Source of the DNA: Octopus bimaculoides | Lineage: Eukaryota | Direction of reading: 5' to 3' | NCBI RefSeq assembly: GCF_001194135.2 | Contig: NC_068990.1 | Location: 84,496,738-84,560,737, forward strand | Length of the DNA: 64,000 nt | Shown here: piece by piece, positions 28,301-38,327 of the stretch | Layout of the letters: the number at the start of each line of letters is the position of its first letter | Position numbering within the stretch: the stretch's first letter is position 1 | The notes under the pieces: model-generated | What the model was told of the DNA's origin: nothing | The model's input: only the letters and a program-made list of their open reading frames with translations | Database searches by the model: none | Position numbers and translations under genes: made by a program

Positions 28301-30353
28301 TTTCTGTTCATCCGTCAGTTCGTATTGTGGAGCATAAACAGATAAATGTCACAACATTAGTTCAAGCTTCATTATTATCCTATTACTCACTCTTTCTTGA
28401 TCATTTTTATTTACACATTTTCCTGCTGATGGTATGCATACTCTACCCACACCATCATTATTGCTTATCCAGAAGAATTTAAACATTTGTTCCTTGCTCA
28501 TGACAAATCTCACAGAGAGGCTCCTCCATCTTTCCTCTTGCACACAGCACATGCTGCTAACACTCTATATGATTTCAACAATCTCTCCCAACCTACCTTT
28601 CATTGTGTTTACATTGATTGTGGCCACTTGTGGGTAGCTGGGGTACAGTTTCCAACTTCTGAAAAGGTTTGCCAGCATGTAGCAGGCTCTTGCACACATG
28701 CAAATATCCAAATATCTCCTCAATGATTTAGTATTACCTCTAAGCACTAAACCAGCAGGACCAAGTGTGTGTGTGTGTGTGCTTTGCTTAGTTTGTATTG
28801 TGAAATATTTGTTTTGAATTATCTCTTAAAACTGTTATATAATTAAATTAGCTCTACTCAATGGTGTTATGGTGTTATGTTTGAAACCAGTGCAAAGTGG
28901 CTCTGGTTGTGTATAACAACAGCAGCAACGGTAATGTGGCGAGTCATGAACTAAAAGATGATTTGCTTCCTGTGTGGTATCACAATTTTCTTTATCCTTC
29001 TGTCTTTATATAATTTATCATCATCAGCTTCTTAATACTCATCTTTCCATGTTGACATGGATTGGACAAGTCTATAACATCACCAATCGTCTTGGTTTTG
29101 TGTGCTTGTTGTGTATGTAGCTGTTATTTTCAGTCCAAGAATTCTAATCAATACCTTCATCATTTGGCTTTATTTGTCTCTTGTACTGTTGATTTCTTTC
29201 AAACTATTCACAAACATTCTTGTCATTTGTATTTCTTTTACAAGAGTTTACATTTAAGTTTTTTGTTGTTTTTTTTTTTTCTTTGCAGGAAAATCAAAAG
29301 GATCTAGAAATTGCAACTGAACAGCTCTCTGAGTATCTAGAACGAGAAATCACTTCAGACATGTTAGCAGATATTAAACAGAAAGTGCAAGATAAATATA
29401 GGTAAAGAAAATTTTTGTGTTGGATTTCACTGATGCTACTGACAGTTTTACATAGACCCTATGTTAAATCATAGGGATTCATTGGGTTAGCCACTGTATA
29501 GTATTTGTATCACGTGTCCCTTTAGACAACCACTGAGTGGTATCAATGTCGTGTGACAGGGGTCTGAAGACTAGAGTAATTGGGGAGAACTGTTTGGATG
29601 CAGACGATTTGGCATGGCTGACTGGACAGTCAGCTTATTTTGGTCGTGGAGGCAAATGCCTGTATGCACAGAAGGAAAGATGTGTGTGTGTGTGTGTGTG
29701 TGTATGGGAGGAGACATTATGATTTATTAATTGGACACGATTGATACACATGAAAAGAAATATTCTCACACAAACAGAAAGAGAGGGATGTGGTTGGGAG
29801 AGAAGAGGAGACACATTAAAACATCTGATGTCAAATAAGTTAGCATTGAATCAGCAACACCAAATAAGCTGGGCCAAATTGTGTGTGATGTAGCTTTGTG
29901 TAGTGTCTACATTAGGTGGTGGTGGTTATAGTTGGATTTTGTGGAAGCTGCTGAGTAGGGTTTACAGTCTAAATCATAAGAGATTAAGAACACAGACTTT
30001 GTTCTACCACTCCATCCTCTTACATGTACAGTAGACCTCTATATGTAAATTTTTCTCTTTCTGCACTACACTTGTGTATTAATGTGAGTTATTGTTAATA
30101 ACAAGCTCTAATTAAACTATATATTTTATATATATATACATACACACACACACATTCATGCATTATGTGGACAACATTTTCAACAGATATGGTACAAGTG
30201 TGTCTGAGTCTTCAATTACTTCAATTCTATGTATGTACATTTATTTACTAGATTGCTGACATTTAGCAGTGATTTCTCCCATTGTGTTGATGTGCCAGTT
30301 TCTATCATTAATAAAACTTGGCATTTTTTATGACATGGGTATACTAGTGTGTG

Positions 30354-30390
<37 letters not shown>

Positions 30391-30999
30391 CGGGTGACAC
30401 GTAAAAGCACCCACTACACTCTGAGTGGTTGGCGTTAGGAAGGGCATCCAGCTGTAGAAACTCTGCCAAATTAGATTGGAGCCTGGTGTTGCCATCTGGT
30501 TTCACCAGTCCTCAGTCAAATCGTCCAACCCATGCTAGCATGGAAAGCGGACATTAAACGATGATGATGATGATATATAATTGGCTATATGGGTTCAGTC
30601 CCACTGCATGGCACCTAGAACGAGTGTCTTCTGTGTATTCTATTCTTTGTTAGTGAATTTGGTGGGCAGAAACTGTGGAGGTTTGTTGTGTGTGCATGTA
30701 CATATGTAAGTACTAGAGTCCATTCAACTAAAGACATCAAAGTGGTGCCCCAGCATGGCCATGGCTGCACCCTTCAAACTGAAACAAAAAATACACACAC
30801 ACACACACACACACAATTTTACCACCAAATACAAATTTGTGGTCCATAGTTGAAATCTTTATTTTATTTAACATTTAAAAAAAAAAAAATGTAATCTTCA
30901 TCTTATCTTTTCAGGTATTGTGAAAGTCGACGTAAAGTACTTTTAGATCATGTCCATGAAGGCTATGAAAAAGACCTATGGGAGTACCAAGAATGCTAA
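4106..30999 (+). CDS. ARIH1: Ariadne-1 RBR (RING1-IBR-RING2-Ariadne) E3 ubiquitin ligase, spliced CDS, 5'-partial
   Basis: Hand-spliced exons 4106-4173, 12795-12861(or 12873), 13096-13176, 16916-17064, 18008-18074, 18798-18904, 19828-19942, 21469-21599, [gap], 24243-24326, 26091-26267, 29289-29401, 30915-30999. They give peptides near-identical to ARIH1 ([52 protein letters not shown]; [26 protein letters not shown]). All introns are GT-AG. Confidence 0.97.
7315..7932 (+). mobile_element. RTE-related retroelement 3' end with internal hairpin modules and (GAC/GAT)n tail
   Basis: Core GTTAGGAAGGGCATCCAGCTGTAGAAACTCTGCC...GCATGGAAAGTGGACGTTAAACGACGACGACGATGA, shared with more than 10 copies in the window; interrupted by an N-gap. 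Confidence 0.85.
9260..9850 (-). mobile_element. RTE LINE 3' fragment (ORF2 C-terminus plus 3' UTR)
   Basis: [43 protein letters not shown] matches the RTE ORF2 C-terminal pattern and runs into the repeat family seen at 7315-7930. Confidence 0.75.
12795..12861 (+). CDS. ARIH1: ARIH1 exon: [22 protein letters not shown] (alternative end 12873 adds VRPR)
   Basis: ccag|GTATTAC...GAG|gtgagg or ...AGG|gtaaaa; phase 2 to 0 with either donor. Confidence 0.88.
13096..13176 (+). CDS. ARIH1: ARIH1 exon, start of RING1: [27 protein letters not shown]
   Basis: long poly-T tract then cacag|AAAATT...ACTCTT|gtaagt; 81 nt, contains CxxC. Confidence 0.9.
13290..13460 (+). mobile_element. Short RTE ORF2 remnant
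   Basis: Degenerate [25 protein letters not shown], resembling the RTE post-RT motif. Confidence 0.5.
13640..13870 (+). mobile_element. Older RTE-tail family copy (others near 5930-6130, 36530-36640, 49240-49375, 49985-50330, 55561-55900, 63135-63325)
   Basis: Diverged core ATGGCATCCAGCTGTAGAAAC...GCCAGCAGGGAAAAC...ATTAAATG and a (GAT)n tail. Confidence 0.7.
14100..14660 (-). mobile_element. tRNA/CORE-like SINE with an internal (CA)n microsatellite
   Basis: Minus-strand head TGGCTGTGTGG (A box)...GGTTCAGTCCC (B box), CORE-like TTGGGCAAGTGTCTTCT, then CA repeat/gap and a conserved tail. Related copies at 16085-16547, 23760-23990, 34464-34680, 49003-49160, 63572-63760. Confidence 0.8.
16085..16547 (-). 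mobile_element. tRNA/CORE-like SINE copy
   Basis: Same family as 14100-14660; contains a 10-N gap with duplicated flanks. Confidence 0.75.
16916..17064 (+). CDS. ARIH1: ARIH1 exon, RING1: [49 protein letters not shown](M)
   Basis: tgtag|GATATG...GTGAT|gtgagt; 149 nt; RING Cys/His pattern; missed by the ORF track. Confidence 0.96.
18008..18074 (+). CDS. ARIH1: ARIH1 exon: [22 protein letters not shown]
   Basis: tttcag|GTCACT...GTTGAA|gtgagt; 67 nt, phase 2 to 0. Confidence 0.95.
18798..18904 (+). CDS. ARIH1: ARIH1 exon, IBR: [35 protein letters not shown](C)
   Basis: ttttag|TGCAAT...TTCTG|gtcagt; 107 nt. Confidence 0.96.
19828..19942 (+). CDS. ARIH1: ARIH1 exon: [38 protein letters not shown]
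   Basis: catag|CTTTAAT...ACTAAG|gtataa; 115 nt, phase 2 to 0. Confidence 0.96.
21469..21599 (+). CDS. ARIH1: ARIH1 exon, RING2/Rcat with catalytic Cys: [43 protein letters not shown](W)
   Basis: tttcag|GAATGT...TCCTG|gtaat; 131 nt; GGCNHM catalytic motif. Confidence 0.97.
21605..23711. other. Assembly gaps 21605-22066 and 23185-23711 (other gaps near 7498, 14307, 37225, 57475, 62539, 63835)
   Basis: Runs of N. Confidence 0.99.
22067..23134 (+). mobile_element. Mariner (DD34D) DNA transposon, inactivated; left end hidden in the N-gap
   Basis: Peptides [46 protein letters not shown] and [11 protein letters not shown], with 34 residues between the 2nd and 3rd Asp. Internal stops and frameshifts. 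Right TIR ...AAACTGAAATTACTTTCTTGTCAATCCAA followed by TA (23133-23134). Confidence 0.93.
24243..24326 (+). CDS. ARIH1: ARIH1 exon, Ariadne domain: [28 protein letters not shown]
   Basis: pyrimidine tract then ttttag|AAGTCC...CATAAG|gtaagt; 84 nt. Confidence 0.96.
24400..24625 (-). mobile_element. Young copy of the RTE-tail repeat family
   Basis: About 95% identical by eye to the reverse complement of 30391-30573. Confidence 0.85.
26091..26267 (+). CDS. ARIH1: ARIH1 exon, Ariadne domain: [59 protein letters not shown]
   Basis: ttttag|TTGTAT...TTTGAA|gtaagt; 177 nt. Confidence 0.97.
26460..28700 (-). mobile_element. Decayed RTE-clade LINE ORF2 (AP endonuclease to RT), antisense inside an ARIH1 intron
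   Basis: Minus-strand fragments [18 protein letters not shown] and [14 protein letters not shown] (endonuclease-like, 28630-28400) and [17 protein letters not shown] (RT-like, ~26880-26780); many stops; boundaries approximate. Confidence 0.7.
29289..29401 (+). CDS. ARIH1: ARIH1 exon: [37 protein letters not shown](R)
   Basis: ttgcag|GAAAAT...TATAG|gtaaag; 113 nt. Confidence 0.96.
30391..30573 (+). mobile_element. Young copy of the RTE-tail repeat family
   Basis: Same core, ending AAACGATGATGATGATGA. Confidence 0.85.
30915..30999 (+). CDS. ARIH1: ARIH1 terminal coding exon: [27 protein letters not shown]
   Basis: tttcag|GTATTGT...TGC TAA; stop at 30997-30999. Confidence 0.96.
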
Positions 31000-31270
31000 A
31001 TATATATATGTATGTACATATATATGTATTTATATATATATGTATATATGTATGTGTGTATATATATATGTATATATATATATGTATATATTTATACAGA
31101 TAGCAACTTATCAGAGTACAAAGAATGCTAAAATGATGACCTATCAGAATATTGCTAAAAAAAAAATAAAAAAAACAAATTTCAAAAAAAAATTTGGGTT
31201 TCTATTCATCATACTGTAAAACATTTTTTGTATCCTAATGTGAAAATTCCTTTTTTTTTTTAAACTTATA

Positions 31271-31285
31271 AATAAATAAATAAAT
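31271..31285 (+). terminator. Candidate ARIH1 polyadenylation signals (overlapping AATAAA)
   Basis: AATAAATAAATAAAT about 270 nt after the stop; another AATAAA near 31615. AT-rich context weakens the call. Confidence 0.35.
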
Positions 31286-33450
31286 CATTATTGCTTAAAC
31301 ATGAACAGAAACAACAACAACAACAACAACAACAATAACAACCAAACCAACCAACACTTTGTCCACTAAATGTTATGAAGTTGGAATGTCATCCTGAGAG
31401 CTGTTATTTTCAGTTGTGCTTAAGAAATTCTGATAAGAAACTTAACTGACCGTTGCAAAATGTCCCTTATTCTCTTTGAATAAGCTGGGATTTTTTTTTT
31501 TTTTTTTTTGATTTGTTCAAAGAAATATACACTAATATGTGAAAAAAAATTGAACTCTTAAAAAAAGAAGACATTTTATCACAAAAAGGAAAAAAAGAGA
31601 AATTCCTACAATGAAATAAATAAAAAAAAATTTAAAAATACAAGAAGTCAGAATGTTTCAGTTTTGATTCTTTGTTTTTAATGTTAATCTTGTTTTAATA
31701 TTCATCGGTCATTATCATCTCAACATCTACTTTTCCCTGTTTGCATGGGCCAGACAAGAATTTAAAACAGTTTTCTGTGGAACTGATACCTTTCATGTTG
31801 CCAACACTCGTTTCCAGTCAGTATACTGTTTCACTATGTTGGACAGTGAACATACTGGACTTGTTTTCACAGAAAATTGCAATCTAACAATACTGTTTGT
31901 ATGAATGGTGACAGTTCAGTCAGTGCATGTCAATACAAAAGAAATGCACTTACACACACACACTCAAATTTATCAAGCTTCTTCTAGTTTCTGTGTACCA
32001 AATTCCACTCAAAAAATATCGATCAATCCACAACTACAGATGATGTTCAAAGCTTCCTCATGGTGGGAGCAAACTCCAAACTGTTGAGTTCCTAAGTGAA
32101 CTTTTTTAACCACACAGCCATGCCTTCGCCTATTATGCCCAAGGCTATTATTATCTTCGTTGAATTCCTATTATATGTTGGAAAAGAAATGATAAATTTA
32201 TAGTGGTCATTTGGTGAATCGTCATGTAGTGTCCATATTGCATGCGGCATGAGTTGGGCTGGTTGACAGGACTGTGTCAATCTCCAGTATCTGTTTTGGA
32301 ACTGGACACAGGTTTCTGACCTGTTGAATCCTGTCAAATTTTCCAACCTCAGCTCAGAATGGAAAGTGTGCTAAGAGAATGAATGGTTGTATGTTACAGA
32401 ACTGCTGAAGAACAATGTACAAAATGAAGTGGATGATGAAAAAACTACCAGTGAACAATTTGTATAATGAGTAAACTGGGCATAGAACTACCAGGTAACT
32501 AAATGAAATATCACTCACCTCTTTCTGCTTAACATAAAGTATAACCAAGTATCACTTTTTCCTTTTTGTGTAATTTATATTTGTAAATTACTAATGTCCA
32601 GAAATTCCCTTCACATACACTCAAGCATACATAGATGGTAACAATCAGATGAAAGAGCAATCCGTACCAAACAAGTGTAAACAGTTTATTTGGTCGGTCC
32701 TAACTGGAACCCTAGGTTTCACCAAATGTTATTTATTTATATGTTAATGAAAACTACTTGAAATTCAGCTACCTATGGTTTCATAGAGAAAATATTAAAT
32801 TTATGTCACTATTTCTCAAGCTGATTATGGCAACATAGTGGTTTAACAACTCGAGTTTTAAAATGAGAGCATCTAAGGGAGATAATTCTCTGACCAGCAA
32901 AATAGAGCCAGGCTATTAAAGAAGGATTCAAAAAATTTTATAAACCAAAATGAAAAGTGCGAAGGAAAAACAAACAGTGGAGAAGTTATTGGAATAATGC
33001 CAAGGAAATCCTGCTAACTGAATTTCACGTTTTTTGTGTGGTTTTTAATAATATCTTGCTGAACTGATCAATAATTGTTGAACTTCATTCCACATGTTTT
33101 GAGGTATCTATTGTAGCTTTTTCCATTCTGATGGCTATACCACTGATGCCAATCTTAATTGCCCCTTGTCTTCTATTTGGTTAACTTTAATGTTGAGAGG
33201 AGCAACTGCATGCATATGAAACTACAGATGGTTCATTGAAAAAAAAAAAAAAAAATCCAGTCTAGGTCTGTTTCATGGATGCACTTCATACGCAGCTCCA
33301 CAAAGACGCAGTGGCCCTAGAATTAATTAGATGCTTGAGGTTAGTTAACCTCTTCTCTATTATATTCAGAGACACTGGTATGAGAAGGATGTAGAGCATA
33401 CAAATATTTGAAGAAAATATCTTTCATACACAGCCATTCCTGGTTAATAC

Positions 33451-33780
33451 ATCATCATCATTGTTTAACGTCCGCTTTCCATGCTAGCATGGGTTGGACG
33501 ATTTGACTGAGGACTGGTGAAACCAGATGGCAACACCAGGCTCCAATCTGATTTGGCAGAGTTTCTACAGCTGGATGCCCTTCCTAACACCAACCACTCA
33601 GAGTGTAGTGAGTACTTTTACGTGCCACCAGCACGGAGGCCAGTCAGGTGGTACTGGCAACGGCCACGCTCAAAATGGTGTATTTTATGTGCCACCCACA
33701 TAAGAGCCAGTCCAGGGTCACTGGCAACGATCTCGCTCGAAAATCCTACGAAGGCCAGTCAGGCGGCACTGGCAGTCGAA
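33451..33780 (-). mobile_element. RTE-tail repeat family copy with three GCCAGT-N8-ACTGGC modules
   Basis: Core plus modules at 33639, 33706 and 33754. Confidence 0.85.
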
Positions 33781-34463
33781 GAACTGAGACACAATTGGTT
33801 GATTTATCTGAAAACAGGCACCACAAGGAAGCAACAAGTCAATTCTCCAAACTGTTACACAAGTTGACAAGTGGCTGTGCAGAATTAACTCCCTTGTGGA
33901 CAGTTACACCATGAATTTAGCCGGGGAACCTAATGAATTAAACTCAACAAACAGTATAGAAATGGTCATACTTGGATTAAATTTGTTTTATGCTGTTATT
34001 TAATTTCCTATAGAACAATTTCTTATTAAGAACATGGCTAGAAATTTTGTGTAGAGAGATAATCAATTATTTTATCAGTCCAGTTTGGATGAAAGGCAAA
34101 ATAACATTTAAATTCAGAATGTAAAGTAACTATATAAATACCTGAAGACGTTTTGCTCAACATGTTAATGATTCTGCCAATCGAATTTCTTGATAGATAT
34201 TACAGACACAATGATATAAATTTGTACACAGCAAAGAATTAATTCAGTTGGTAATAATGTTATCAGAATTGGAAGGATGTTGACTTCGATGAGATTTGAA
34301 CTTGGAACGTGACTAAACACCAACCAGCAAGGCATTTTATCTCGTATACTACAGGTTCAACCAAATCACTACTGCTCTAATGATAAGAGCCTCATTTTGA
34401 GAGTGGGGAACTGCATCAGTTAATGTTGAAAATAAAGAATTTAATAAAATAACTTGGTCGTTA

Positions 34464-34680
34464 GGTGCAGGAGTAGCTGTGTGGTAAGTCGCTTGCTTAC
34501 CAACCACATGTTTCCAGGTTCAGTCTCACTGCTTGGCACCTTGGGCAAGTGTCTTCTACTATAGCCTCAAGCCAACCAAAGCCTTGTGAGTGGATTTGTC
34601 CCCCCAACATTGCTTGACAACCGATGCTGATGTGTTTACGTCCCTGTAACTTAGCAGTTCGGCAAAAGAGACCAATAGAT
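34464..34680 (+). mobile_element. tRNA/CORE-like SINE copy lacking the central microsatellite
   Basis: Head joined directly to the tail at GGATTTG|TCCCCCAACATTGC. Confidence 0.7.
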
Positions 34681-35271
34681 TAACTCTTTGGCATTCACAT
34701 TGTTCTGTCAAATGGGATTCTTATTTATTCACTTTGAATTAATCATGCATCATCTTGTAGCTTTGAGATTTTGATGAGATAACTTAATTTTTAGAATGAT
34801 ATTGTAGGGTTGGTGTGAGAGGCTAAATCTGAACAGTGTGACCATAAAACAGGTAGAATATTTTGACCAGATATGGCTGGTTTAAATGCTAAAGGGTGAA
34901 ACCTTACTATAAATATATTTAAAGCTGAAAATTAAAATTGCCAAAATAACAAAAGCCAACACATTTTTCTTTTTGATATAGTCAATTTTTTTTTTCAAAT
35001 TTTATTTACATTTTTTTTTATGGTAAAATATATAATTAACAATTTAGTACAGAAGATATATACATTTAAAAAGGGAGTGATAAGAAAAAGCAACATTTAC
35101 ATATGTAGTTGAGAACAGTAGCTGAGATCAATAATGGTTCAAATATCTTTCTTAACAAAAAAAAGGGGGGAATTTTGAGTGAAATCCCTTCTCTCTTTAG
35201 TTTGGAGCTGAATTAGGATTTCATTATGTAAAATGAATGGGAAGAACATTGTAAGAAAAAAAAAAGTTTCT

Positions 35272-35690
35272 AACTTAGGAACAAGGCCAGCAATTCTGAG
35301 GGGAGGGGTAATTGACTGGTACTATATTTTATCGACTCCAGAAGTGTGAAAGGCAAAGTTGACTTCAACAGAATTTGAACTCAGAATGTAAAGAGACAAC
35401 AAAGATAGCAAGGCAATTTCTCCAATGCTCTATCAATTCTGCCACTCCACCACCACCACCACCAATAATAATAATCCTTTCTATTATAGGCACAAGGCCT
35501 GAAATTTGGGTGAGGGGGCTAGTCGATTTCATCAACCCGAGTGCATAACTGGTACTTATTTTATCAACCCCTGAAAGGATGAAAGGCAAAGTCGACCTCA
35601 GTGGAATTTGAACTCAGAATGTAGCAAATGGGTGAAATACCACTGTTAAGCATTTCATCCAGCGTGCTAAAGATTCTGCCAGCTCACCTC
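35272..35690 (-). mobile_element. Two tandem Meta-like SINEs
   Basis: Reverse complement of the 2654-2867 family at ~35272-35455 and ~35462-35690, with (AAT)n tails. Confidence 0.75.
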
Positions 35691-35691
35691 T

Positions 35692-35726
<35 letters not shown>

Positions 35727-35901
35727 TCTTTCTAATTTTGACACAAAGCAAGCAATTTTGAGGGTAGAACTTATTCTTTTACAAAGAGAATTGTTAGTTC
35801 TTCCAAAACATTTCAATATTACCTAGAAGTTTTGTTTGTCTGCCCTGTTGTAACAATCCTTCATTAAAATCTCATAACTGGCAAGCATTTGTTATCATTG
35901 A

Positions 35902-36029
35902 TGTGATATCATTTGTTGTGCAGTGAACACAAGTGTGATATCTTTTGCTGTACAGTGTGCACAGCTGTGATATGTGTTGCTATGCAGTAAGCATAAATGT
36001 GACATCTTTTGTTGTGCAGTAAATAAATA
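35902..36029. repeat. 32-bp-period minisatellite, 4 copies
   Basis: Units start at 35902, 35934, 35966 and 35998 (TGTGATATC.TTTG.TG..CAGT...). Confidence 0.85.
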
Positions 36030-37182
36030 TATATGTTATGATATCTACAAATATATCATGAATTTTATTTGCTGCTATAATCACCAAAAATATAGAATTA
36101 TTTTAATGGAAGACATTGGTAAATTATTTAAAAGTAGAGCTTAAAAAAGTGCTGATGATAACTATTATTAATATTACTATTATTATTGATAAAGAAAGAA
36201 AACTGTATAGAAATGATTTTCTAGAAAGGTGACATTGCAGTTGAATAATAAGGAAATATGGTAAGGAAGAAGTATTTGTTAAAGATAATTTTAGACTTAG
36301 TAAAAGACTTTATAGAACTGTATCAAAATTGCTTCTTGTTGCATTGATATGATTTTTCATGTTTAAAATTAAGAACATACATATATACAAGTAAATATAG
36401 ATGCCCATCCATTCGATTCATTCAATTTTTCACATATATTTCACAATTATAACATACAGTTCTTGACAATCTGTTAACTGGAGAAAAACAAAACATTTTA
36501 CATACATATATGTGAGTGTGTGTTTGTACCACCATCTTCATCATTATCATCATTTAATGTCTATTGTCCATGCTGGCATGGGTTGGACAGTTTGACCAGG
36601 GTTGGTAAGCTGAGGGGCTACACCAGACTCCAGTTTATTTGGCATGTGTGTGTGTATGTATTTGTGTATGTATATATATATAAATATATATATGTATGTA
36701 TGTATGAACAAATGCACACACATATATACATGCACAACCACATAAATATGGCATTTACAATTATATATTATAAAATAGATATACAAAATTATTAAGAAAA
36801 ACATTATGATATGAATGGAGAATTATGGTATAAATAAAAAAAAAAAAGGTAAATTGATATCTTTTTGTAGGTAAAAGGAGAATACAAGCAGGAGCATTAT
36901 TCATACTTATTTTATCGACTTACCCTCAACAGGATAAAATTTTAAAATGAACCCAGCAGGATTTGAACTCAGAACATTGAGAGAGGAAACTAAATGACCA
37001 AATATTAGTCCAGCTCTCCACTGTCTCAACCACCTCTACATAATTTAAAGTAATAATTTGCTGTCTACTGTCTAAATATTCAGCTAATTATTATCATTGT
37101 TATTCTTGTTGTAAGTCTTAAGAAAAATTTAATAATAAATTTCTCTAGACAATTATGTACACTGATGAGATAAACTCATACA

Positions 37183-37224
<42 letters not shown>

Positions 37225-37961
37225 NNNNNNNNNNNNNNNNNNNNNNNNNNNNNNNNNNNNNNNNNNNNNNNNNNNNNNNNNNNNNNNNNNNNNNNNNNNN
37301 NNNNNNNNNNNNNNNNNNNNNNNNNNNNNNNNNNNNNNNNNNNNNNNNNNNNNNNNNNNNNNNNNNNNNNNNNNNNNNNNNNNNGAAAAAAAAAGAGTTT
37401 GGTAAGTTTATCTGGAAATCATCACCACCACCACCACCACCACCACCACCACCACCATCATCATCACCATGAAATACAGAGTTTACCTCTTTAGTTACAC
37501 ACTCAATATTTAGAAGAGCAAATCATATTGTATGGTCTGCTGTTGTTTAGCCCCAAGGTAAGCCATGATCAAACAGACCTCTGATCAAAGGCATATATAT
37601 GTATGTGTATGTATATATGTGTATACGAGTCTTGTGCCAACCTGAGGCTATGTGTATATATTTGCGTATGTGTGCATGTATACATTTATTTGAAGCTGAT
37701 GATTTATTTCATCGGTGCTCAGAGATCCTCACTTCAAGTAATTCTTTTGTGAGCCAAATACTCAGGGCTAAACAAATAAATAAACTCCACTTCATGTATT
37801 GAGTACCATTTTGCACATCTATACATCCACACACACACACACACACATACAACATGCATGTGTGTGTGAGAGTGCATGTTTAACAATATTTGTATGTGTG
37901 TATCTAATGTATCTATGTTTTAAGGAATAAGAATAGCAAATGCATTTGTCAATATAGACCT

Positions 37962-38327
37962 AATTACCTCTGCCTTTGCTAAGGCAGAGATATTGTTTTC
38001 AGTCATATTTGTTTGTTCGTCCGTAGACAAGATATCTCAAGAACCGCTGGATGGATTCGGATGAAACTTTCAGGGATGTTTGGCCTTGTGACTGGCATGA
38101 ACTGATTAGATTTTGGGATCAATCCAATATCAGACAAGTATTCTGGATTATTTTTGTTTTTTTTATTTAATTTTTGAGAGCGGTCGAGTTCATTTTTAGT
38201 ATTCTCGTTTGTGAGAGCAGTCGAGTTTATTTCAGATATTCTCATTTTAAAAATCATGTCTGGCTAATCGTTGAGAGGACATTGGTGTTGCCTTGGCGGA
38301 GGTTTGCGCTCTCTGAGTGCTCTTGTT
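37962..38327 (+). mobile_element. Helentron-associated non-autonomous element (HINE/DINE-1-like)
   Basis: 5' TTACCTCTGCC...GGCAGAG; GTTTGTTTGTTCGTCCGT micro-repeat; core ATCTCAAGAACCGCTGGATGGATTCGGATGAAACTTT; subterminal inverted repeat CCTCTGCC (37967-74) / GGCGGAGG (38295-302); 3' hairpin GCGCTC-TCT-GAGTGC (38306-20) ending in a T-rich site. Confidence 0.75.
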
